Shown here: positions 57,157 to 64,000 of the stretch, in pieces
Layout of the letters: every line of letters begins with the position of its first letter
How positions within the stretch are numbered: the first letter of the stretch is position 1
Source: a virus
Strand: one strand, 5' to 3'
Length of the DNA: 64,000 bases
IMG/VR virus record: IMGVR_UViG_3300024052_000085
Location: 14,759 to 78,758 of that record
Program-made: the position numbers and the translations under genes
The notes under the pieces: model-generated
What the model was told of the DNA's origin: nothing
Databases searched by the model: none
Seen by the model: only the letters and a program-made list of their open reading frames with translations

Positions 57157-57281
57157 TAGGTTTTATAATCGGAATATTTACCTCTATACTAGTTGTTGCT
57201 ATATGGAGATTTGTACTTCCTACAGCTTTAGTATTAGCAATTATTACAGGAGCAGTAATTTGTGATGCAGACACCATTTAA
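57153..57281 (+). CDS. Small hydrophobic peptide (42 aa, not in the ORF track)
   Basis: ATGA-coupled; MIGFIIGIFTSILVVAIWRFVLPTALVLAIITGAVICDADTI. Confidence 0.5.
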   Translation: MIGFIIGIFTSILVVAIWRFVLPTALVLAIITGAVICDADTI

Positions 57282-57990
57282 TTCAGAAGAGGAAGAAGAA
57301 GAAGAAATAACAGAAGAAGAAATAACAGAGGTAATTGAAGAGGATACTGAAACAGAAGAATTTACGGTATCTAAGAGATATGTTAAAATTGGTTCTCTAG
57401 TACTCTTTATAGCCTTAATACTAGCAATAATAGCAACTTGTGCAGCTACTTCTGGAGGGTCAGAAAGTTCAGAAGTCGAAGAAGAAAATAATAAACAAGA
57501 AGAAAGCACTAATCATTATTTAGTAACTATGGCTCAATTAAGAGGGGTTCCTATACAAACCTTCAATCCTCAAGCTCCTATGATAGCAAACACTCTGGGA
57601 GAACTATTAAATCAGTTACCTCCCGAAGGTTGGGAAACATTTAGCTCCCAAACTCCTGACAACAGAGGTCTGGAGGTAGTTTACAAAAAAGAAAGCACAG
57701 AATATAAAGTTTGGATAAATACATATTCAGACAACACTACAGGGCGTCAAGAGTTATTAACAACTTTAAATACTTTAAAGAACAGCACTAAATCAATAGT
57801 AAGTGAAACCTCAGATATAGCAGGAGGAGGATTCTTAGTCAATAATGGACAGACCATTACTTATTGGTTTTATTATGAACCCAACATAGTTGTACGTGTA
57901 AGTTCAGATGTAAATCAAGGTGCAACTCTAATTAAAATTAAAGAGTGGGCTCATAGGGTAAATCATTCCATTTATGCAATACAAGATTAA
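57262..57990 (+). CDS. Membrane-anchored extracytoplasmic protein
   Basis: Acidic N-terminus, single TM, soluble domain. Confidence 0.7.
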   Translation: MMQTPFNSEEEEEEEITEEEITEVIEEDTETEEFTVSKRYVKIGSLVLFIALILAIIATCAATSGGSESSEVEEENNKQEESTNHYLVTMAQLRGVPIQTFNPQAPMIANTLGELLNQLPPEGWETFSSQTPDNRGLEVVYKKESTEYKVWINTYSDNTTGRQELLTTLNTLKNSTKSIVSETSDIAGGGFLVNNGQTITYWFYYEPNIVVRVSSDVNQGATLIKIKEWAHRVNHSIYAIQD

Positions 57991-57999
57991 GGCTGATAG

Positions 58000-59961
58000 A
58001 TGAAAAAGATTATATACGGATTTTACGTTCTGTGGTTAGGTCTACAGGTAAAGACAATAAGAAAGAAAGACCTAAACTTTCAAATGAAGTTTCTACAATC
58101 TGCAATGAAATATACTTCAATGATGCTCATTCTGATTTTTGCATTAGCAGCTTGTACAAATCCTGGAAGTGCATTAACAGTTGGTGATGGTTCAGAAAGC
58201 TCAGAAGAAAAATCAGTACACACTCCAGGTAATTGGAAATCAGGACTTTTTACACCTACACCAGAACCTACTATTACAACAGAAAATTCTCCCGTAACTG
58301 TAAGCAGTCCTGCAAGAGTACAGGAAGGATTAACTTTAATAAATTACAATTTTGAATATCCAGACCTTTCTTGTGCTCATGCTGCGTGTCCCGGTACTAG
58401 CGCTAAAGAATTTACGTCATTAACAACGAGCCAATTTCCAGGTTGGGATGTTTCTAAAGGATCTATAACAATATATGCACAGCCAGGAGTAGTAGGTCAA
58501 TGGGCTCAGATACAGAATGGCGAAATAACTCAAAACATAGGAGTAAGAAAGCTATCTAAATATAAAGTAAATATTAATAAAGCTGTAGGTACCTCATGTA
58601 ACATTCCTGGAGAAATTATTTTAAAATGGGGAGAACAAGAGCCTAGAGCAATTGCAGTAAGTGGAGTAGACTGGACTAAATTAGAAACTACTTATGATAA
58701 CCAACAAGAAGAAAAGATAACTTTTGGAATAGAAGCAATAAATACTCAATGTCCCATACTTATTAAAGATATATCCATAGTACTAATAGGAGATGTAGAA
58801 CCTATTAAAGAAAAGACTCAAGCTGAGATTTTAGACGATAACTTTTTAATACCAAATGGAGACTTCGAAAGTCCTGAAGTATTAAATCCTAAGAGATTAG
58901 CATCTCTACCTAATTGGGCTTTAAATTCAGAGCCCGAAAAATTTCCCGTAATAGTTAGAGAAGGAGATAATCAATATATAAAATTATACGGTCCTATAGG
59001 TCAAGACTTAGAATCAGTCTCAGGCTCAGTTTATAACCTATCTATAACCATCAGAAAACCAAATTCAGAAGGATCTAACTGTAAGGTAGTATATTCTATA
59101 AACGAAATAGAGAACCGTCTAGAAGACGACGTAACAACCATAGAGTCAGAATCTATAAACTGGGAAATTAGAAATCAAGTAATAGAAATAGATTCAGGAA
59201 CTTCATCGTTATCTTTAGAATCTCAACCTGGTTTCTTCTGCGATATAGATAACGTAAAATTCACTTACCTAAGAGATATTAATAATCAAATAGTAGTACC
59301 TACTCCAGTACCCGAAGCAACAGGTCAAGATACTACATCTATTCTACCTACTCCTACTCCCACTCCTACTCCCACTCCAGCTCCCCAAGTTCAGGTAACT
59401 ATAACTCCTACACCTACACCCGTTCCTCAAGTAACTATAACACCCACCCCTTCTTCCAAATATCAAACTGAAGGAAGTAACTTAGTAACCGAAACCAAAA
59501 TGACCTTTAGTACAGGCCCTACAGTATACTCAGGAAAAGTCAACTTTACAGGAACGGTATTAAATAAAGTAGAACCTACAATGATTCAAGTGTGGGCCTT
59601 ATCCGGAGACAGTGGAGCTATGATATCTGATACTACTTATAAACCTGAAGAATGTAGTACCGAGAAACCCATAACTTTCTTCAGAAAATCATTAGCTACA
59701 GGAAGTGTTTACAGTAATACTTCAATAGAAGTAGATTGGAATTATTGCATTAATGGATCAACAACTACATCTAAACTTACAGTACCTTATCAGAATGCAA
59801 CTACTTGGACGTATAATACAACTAGTGGAGTCTTTACATTTGAGGGGGATAAAACTGTGGGGCTTACAAACGAATGGCCTTCACAACCAGGAACTAGCTC
59901 TTATGTAATCACAGTTCTTGATTCTGAAGGCCTCGTTATAAGAACTGAGGAAGTCAGATAG
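58000..59961 (+). CDS. Lipoprotein with carbohydrate-binding-like domains and PT linker
   Basis: Lipobox LAAC; two N.(N/D)FE.P..W domains; PTPTPTP repeat. Confidence 0.7.
   Translation: MKKIIYGFYVLWLGLQVKTIRKKDLNFQMKFLQSAMKYTSMMLILIFALAACTNPGSALTVGDGSESSEEKSVHTPGNWKSGLFTPTPEPTITTENSPVTVSSPARVQEGLTLINYNFEYPDLSCAHAACPGTSAKEFTSLTTSQFPGWDVSKGSITIYAQPGVVGQWAQIQNGEITQNIGVRKLSKYKVNINKAVGTSCNIPGEIILKWGEQEPRAIAVSGVDWTKLETTYDNQQEEKITFGIEAINTQCPILIKDISIVLIGDVEPIKEKTQAEILDDNFLIPNGDFESPEVLNPKRLASLPNWALNSEPEKFPVIVREGDNQYIKLYGPIGQDLESVSGSVYNLSITIRKPNSEGSNCKVVYSINEIENRLEDDVTTIESESINWEIRNQVIEIDSGTSSLSLESQPGFFCDIDNVKFTYLRDINNQIVVPTPVPEATGQDTTSILPTPTPTPTPTPAPQVQVTITPTPTPVPQVTITPTPSSKYQTEGSNLVTETKMTFSTGPTVYSGKVNFTGTVLNKVEPTMIQVWALSGDSGAMISDTTYKPEECSTEKPITFFRKSLATGSVYSNTSIEVDWNYCINGSTTTSKLTVPYQNATTWTYNTTSGVFTFEGDKTVGLTNEWPSQPGTSSYVITVLDSEGLVIRTEEVR
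59346..59450 (+). repeat. Pro-Thr coding low-complexity repeat
   Basis: CCTACT/CCCACT units; PQVTITPTP-like unit twice. Confidence 0.8.
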
Positions 59962-59982
59962 TTTATTGCTTAATGAGTGCTC

Positions 59983-60444
59983 TCATTTATTATTCTCTTT
60001 AAGGAGTTTTAAAACCCTGATTGTTTCTTGCGATCTAACACCAATATTACGTACTCCAAAGTATCTTCCAAAACAGCTTCTACCGCAGAAGATAAAAGTT
60101 TGACCCCTCCTCAGATTGGTAGCATGTAACTTCTCTCTTCTTTTAAAGTCATTATCACAGCTCATACATTTAAGATAAATATATTTAGAAGCTGCATAGC
60201 ACTCTCTAGAACAGAACCTTCTATTTCGCCTACTATAACTAGTGCATTCTGTTTTACAGTACTCACAAATTAGAGGAGGGATAACTCCTACTTTAGAAGG
60301 AAGACCTATTTTATTTAAGATCTGACGTACTGCCTCTCTAGTAATACCTATTTCTCTTGCTATGCTTGCAGCTTTCATTTCAGGATAACGTCTACGTAAA
60401 AGAACAACTTGCCATTGTCTATCTGTATAATCCTGATCTAACAT
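59983..60444 (-). CDS. HTH plus zinc-finger protein
   Basis: SIAREIGITREAVRQIL; CEYC..FCSREC; CMSC..FCGRSC. Confidence 0.8.
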   Translation of the reverse strand: MLDQDYTDRQWQVVLLRRRYPEMKAASIAREIGITREAVRQILNKIGLPSKVGVIPPLICEYCKTECTSYSRRNRRFCSRECYAASKYIYLKCMSCDNDFKRREKLHATNLRRGQTFIFCGRSCFGRYFGVRNIGVRSQETIRVLKLLKENNK

Positions 60445-60453
60445 TTAAAACTC

Positions 60454-60669
60454 CTAACTTTCTGATTCCTCACCTGGATCAATAGTTGTCATTATGGTAA
60501 CTTTATTGTCACAACGATAACAGATATAAAAATCTCCTACTTCACCAATATACCCTTGAGCAGAAAAGGGTCCTCCGCTTCTCTTCATTACAATAGGAGC
60601 ATTATCAGTTTCAGGATTATAACACTTTTCACAGCAAACTTCAAATCTTATTGCAACTGAATAGTTCAT
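60454..60669 (-). CDS. Small zinc-ribbon protein
   Basis: CEKC...CYRC; GGAGG RBS. Confidence 0.65.
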   Translation of the reverse strand: MNYSVAIRFEVCCEKCYNPETDNAPIVMKRSGGPFSAQGYIGEVGDFYICYRCDNKVTIMTTIDPGEESES

Positions 60670-60672
60670 ACA

Positions 60673-60849
60673 TTAACCTCCTTCTTGCAACTTTTTAAGT
60701 TCTTCTTTGATATCGGGATACTTTTCTAAAGCTTCAGCTAATATAGATTGAGCATCTTCCTCACATCCTTGACAGTCAAAACCAATAACAGTACCTAAGA
60801 CTTCCATTCCATTTTTTTCATGAACACACTTAACACTTTGTTCGGACAT
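60673..60849 (-). CDS. Small protein (58 aa, not in the ORF track)
   Basis: GGAGGT RBS; MSEQSVKCVH...DCQGCEEDA... Confidence 0.6.
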   Translation of the reverse strand: MSEQSVKCVHEKNGMEVLGTVIGFDCQGCEEDAQSILAEALEKYPDIKEELKKLQEGG

Positions 60850-60850
60850 A

Positions 60851-61042
60851 TTAACCTCCTTCTATTTCAGACTGTAGATCCTTCACAACTCTACGAGATA
60901 AATGAGTCTTACAACACGCAGTTAGAACTATATTTCCGTAGTTCCATCTAGTATTACATTTTATATTACATCCGGGAAATATGCATAGCCTCAAATCTCC
61001 TTCAACATCTATAAACTTGGTAATCTCATTTACATTAGGCAT
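60851..61042 (-). CDS. Small Cys-rich protein
   Basis: CIFPGC...CCKTH. Confidence 0.6.
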   Translation of the reverse strand: MPNVNEITKFIDVEGDLRLCIFPGCNIKCNTRWNYGNIVLTACCKTHLSRRVVKDLQSEIEGG

Positions 61043-61175
61043 ACGTTCTATTCACTTTCCTTATATGAACGCTAAGACATTTAGGACATCTTTCCTCGCA
61101 AAGAGAACAGTATGTCATACTACAATCAGCACAAGTACCGACCTTCTCGATATGAGGTTTAATTCCTGCTTTCAT
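61035..61175 (-). CDS. Small zinc-finger protein (46 aa, not in the ORF track)
   Basis: MKAGIKPHIEKVGTCADCSMTYCSLCEERCPKC... Confidence 0.55.
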   Translation of the reverse strand: MKAGIKPHIEKVGTCADCSMTYCSLCEERCPKCLSVHIRKVNRTYA

Positions 61176-61269
61176 TTAATCATCTCCCTCTAAACCAAAT
61201 ATTTTATTATTTCTACGTTAATACGCAGATCAGGAGAGCTATTCACACTAGCTCCCCGACATCTACCTA

Positions 61270-61623
61270 TTAATATTCTGCGGAGGGGTAAGCCTTCCAA
61301 TAATTACCTTCTGGAAGAAACTCTCTCCAACCTGAATATACAGCGTTTAAATTATCACCGTTAATTCCGGGAATAGAAGTATTAGGACCCACTTCATCTT
61401 CCTCGTTCCTACCTAACGCGCAAGACAAACAAGAACGATGATATACATTATTTTCTGTATCTTCGTGTTGTAAAACTCCGTCGACATCGCGAACAACTTT
61501 CAGTAATTGGATTTCAATAACTAGACTTCCCACATCCAATACATTACCGCAAGACCAACATTCATCAGGAACTATTTCTGTTTCGGTTGTCAAGATACTA
61601 CTCCTTAGATTTACACTAATCAT
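61270..61623 (-). CDS. Zinc-finger protein
   Basis: CWSC...HRSC. Confidence 0.6.
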   Translation of the reverse strand: MISVNLRSSILTTETEIVPDECWSCGNVLDVGSLVIEIQLLKVVRDVDGVLQHEDTENNVYHRSCLSCALGRNEEDEVGPNTSIPGINGDNLNAVYSGWREFLPEGNYWKAYPSAEY

Positions 61624-61924
61624 TAAAGACCCTAGTCAGAATTTCGTTTTTGTAATCCATATAATCTACGTATACAATACGAGTATCGAGATCACAACGA
61701 ATATTTACCATACCTCCTAAATCACATTTCTTAGGCCATTCTCCGGGTTTCCACCCCAAGACACTAGCCTCTTTATGCTGGTCTACTTGATCTACAGTAA
61801 ACGTACAAAAACCATCTTTAATTTCTGTCGCCATTAACCACCTCTTTATCTTCTGGATTTTTAATAAATATACACGGATCTTCGCATCGAATACAGAACC
61901 CCGAAGGTCCTCCAAACTTAACAC
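61616..61924 (-). CDS. Hypothetical protein
   Basis: EASVLGWKPGEWP; start probably at the internal ATG (MATEIK). Confidence 0.55.
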   Translation of the reverse strand: MLSLEDLRGSVFDAKIRVYLLKIQKIKRWLMATEIKDGFCTFTVDQVDQHKEASVLGWKPGEWPKKCDLGGMVNIRCDLDTRIVYVDYMDYKNEILTRVFND

Positions 61925-61990
61925 TACTCATATCTAACTCACCATAAGGTTCTGCATAACAGCATTCAGATAACCATTCAGTTTGCTCCA

Positions 61991-62392
61991 TTAAGAATTT
62001 CCTAGTTCATTTGAAGCATCCCAAATTCGATCTTGTTCATCTTCATCCATATCTATATTTACTGAATTCATCCAACGAGAAGGATTATGCTCGATCATCA
62101 TTGGAACTACCATTAAGTTTCTTACATTCGATTTACATAGATCCGATAACTTAACAGTAGTTTCCCAACGAAGAGCATTGTCCATCTTTCCAAATGCTTC
62201 TTCAATTTCCGGCATTCCAACCTTGAAAGAACAGCAACCATTTTCGCACCACATTAACAGATCATTTTCACGATGAGAATCAGTTATGCTTCCTTTTTCT
62301 TCTAAATAACATAAAGGACATCCATCTTCACATTCAATTTTTCTATTGTCAGGGAAAAACATTTCCATTAGTACAGTTCTCCTTCTATCCAA
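61991..62392 (-). CDS. Cys-containing hypothetical protein
   Basis: CPLC...CENGC. Confidence 0.6.
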   Translation of the reverse strand: MDRRRTVLMEMFFPDNRKIECEDGCPLCYLEEKGSITDSHRENDLLMWCENGCCSFKVGMPEIEEAFGKMDNALRWETTVKLSDLCKSNVRNLMVVPMMIEHNPSRWMNSVNIDMDEDEQDRIWDASNELGNS

Positions 62393-62919
62393 GATCGACG
62401 ATCTAAAACTATCGGACGTATTGACATCAGGTGAAAGTAAGCTTGATCCATAGTCATTCCATGAATATCTTCTAAATACTTAGCAATAACTAAAGCGCTT
62501 CGTTCCATACCCATTCTACAATTAACAGATACGTTAATACCATCTCGAACTCTTTGATCAATTTCTCCAACCGCTTTATCTATCGCAAGCATAGAAATCA
62601 TACTATACGGTTGAATATTGAACTCTAAATCCGCATTTAATTTTCCTTCAAACTCTCCTGCAGTATTGATTATAAACATACCCTTTTCATGAGCTTCTTC
62701 AACACCGTCGAAAGCTGTAAGATATACCTCTCCGACTCTAGAACAATCCTGATAAGCGGCCCAAACATTATTGTTTGAAACTAAACTCAAAGTCTTCGGA
62801 TCGAACTCCTTAACATCTCTCAACTGTTGAAAGATTTTCGAATCTTCAGATAAGTCTTCAATCAGAGCATATAGAATTTCCGTAGATGGTACTTCCGAGT
62901 GATAAGTCTCATTATACAT
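62368..62919 (-). CDS. Dual-specificity (CX5R) protein phosphatase
   Basis: VNCRMGMERS...YL...GMT..QA......RP. Confidence 0.85.
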   Translation of the reverse strand: MYNETYHSEVPSTEILYALIEDLSEDSKIFQQLRDVKEFDPKTLSLVSNNNVWAAYQDCSRVGEVYLTAFDGVEEAHEKGMFIINTAGEFEGKLNADLEFNIQPYSMISMLAIDKAVGEIDQRVRDGINVSVNCRMGMERSALVIAKYLEDIHGMTMDQAYFHLMSIRPIVLDRRSWIEGELY

Positions 62920-63418
62920 TTGAAGGAATCCTATTAGCTAAATCATCACGCAGATACAACTCTCCTTGAGTATCAAAGAGTCCTTCTGGTTCTGAAGCTA
63001 TGAAATCTGCTAACTCTCCAAATTCAATACCTGCATCATTAAGATCTATTAAACTAGCTTCACCCTCTATAAGGTTCTTAATAGAGCTACTGAAATAAGT
63101 TCCCGCTTGACTAGCTAAACCCAACCATTGAGCTACTTCCCTAGGTAAAATAGATTCTTGGATATCTTCGTCTTTACCGTTATCCATATAACCTACTAGT
63201 TTACCATCGGTACCTTCTAATGTAAAAGGAGTACCCCACCTATCACTTTTTCCTTCACTTATTAGAAACTTATTATAGATATCGCATGCTACACCTAAAC
63301 AACAATAAGTAACTTGAGTACCTTTAGGATCCTCAAATACTTTAGACAGTGCTCCAGTAGTCTGAATATATTTCCCAGACTGTAAAGCTTTAACCCAAAC
63401 TTCAGCGTTCTTATTCAT
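62912..63418 (-). CDS. Phage hypothetical protein
   Basis: WVKALQSGKY.Q...CCLGVACD...LNDAG..F..LAD.I. Confidence 0.75.
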   Translation of the reverse strand: MNKNAEVWVKALQSGKYIQTTGALSKVFEDPKGTQVTYCCLGVACDIYNKFLISEGKSDRWGTPFTLEGTDGKLVGYMDNGKDEDIQESILPREVAQWLGLASQAGTYFSSSIKNLIEGEASLIDLNDAGIEFGELADFIASEPEGLFDTQGELYLRDDLANRIPSNV

Positions 63419-63648
63419 TATAACGGTACTCCAGTATGTCGTATTCCATCTACCACTAAAGTAATTCCTTTATCTAGATCTAATGCTCCATTCCATTGAG
63501 GAGATCCTATACGTTGACAGTAATACATTCGTTTAGAGAAACATTGTTGACAGATCCAATTGATCCCTACGCCCTTGCTAACGTACTGACACAAATAGAA
63601 TTTCTTCGCTCCCTCATGCCCACACATTATCGGAATTCCTTTAATCAA
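63418..63648 (-). CDS. Small Cys-containing protein
   Basis: Coupled ORF. Confidence 0.55.
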   Translation of the reverse strand: MIKGIPIMCGHEGAKKFYLCQYVSKGVGINWICQQCFSKRMYYCQRIGSPQWNGALDLDKGITLVVDGIRHTGVPL

Positions 63649-63836
63649 GATATATACCCCTTATTTCGATAATCTTCATAACGATTTAACAATGCTCGAA
63701 CCTGTTTCGCATTCTTAATCGGTACTCCAAGAACCAGAGATATTTTCTCTCTATTTCGAACTCTGTCTTCCGTTAACGTTAAATGATCGTTCAAATCCCA
63801 TACGTGATGTTTATATTTCCATTTCGACGGTTTCAC
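63645..63836 (-). CDS. Hypothetical protein
   Basis: GAGGTGA RBS, GTG start. Confidence 0.55.
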   Translation of the reverse strand: MKPSKWKYKHHVWDLNDHLTLTEDRVRNREKISLVLGVPIKNAKQVRALLNRYEDYRNKGYIS

Positions 63837-64000
63837 TTAGTAATCACCTCTAACTACCTTTAACTTTTCCATTACCTAGATAATGATCCCTCCCTCCTCC
63901 CTATCTTCATTAGCTAGATACCTTAAACATCTTGAGATCCGGGACCTGTTTATTCTTAATTTGACTCAAGAAAGCCACAGCCTCGTCTCTCGTGATTTGC

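Noticed and set aside
2404-57509. Short alternate-frame and antisense ORFs in the track (e.g. 2404, 3686, 3735, 8729, 11290, 13585, 16221, 16250, 17618, 25304, 30976, 34047, 45906, 46897, 56412, 57234)
   Set aside because: Fully overlap well-supported genes, and lack RBSs and motifs
59972-59987. Bidirectional terminator at the strand convergence
   Set aside because: Only a 6-bp AT-rich stem (AATGAG/CTCATT); too weak to call

Overview
AT-rich, gene-dense segment of a large dsDNA virus genome. Genes run on the + strand to 59961, then converge with a - strand block of small genes. Expression signals look bacterial (GGAGG Shine-Dalgarno sites, TATAAT -10 boxes), as do the replication genes: Sak4-like ATPase, DUF669-like SSB, Cas4-like nuclease, UDG-fused family A polymerase, SNF2 helicase and dUTPase. 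It carries a 7-deazaguanine DNA-modification set (queC, queE, folE, dpdA-like, and a distant queD) and a dispersed protein-glycosylation set (polyprenol-P-sugar synthase with GtrA, DUF2723/TMEM260-like GT-C, PMI-type cupin, FkbM). I see no terminase, portal, HK97 capsid or tail genes. Instead, 11.1-32.6 kb holds a basic 29-aa peptide, two tandem 66-aa hydrophobic hairpin proteins, a 2203-aa protein, a Zot-like ATPase and membrane-anchored surface proteins. This resembles the morphogenetic module of archaeal spindle-shaped viruses, here in an apparently bacterial virus (possibly of Chloroflexota/Dehalococcoidia). Other notable elements are a structured RNA carrying an anti-Shine-Dalgarno mimic, an inverted repeat bracketing the SSB gene, a recurrent promoter motif, nested repeat domains and an expanded permuted winged-helix family. 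All family assignments come from motifs read by eye; no searches were run.
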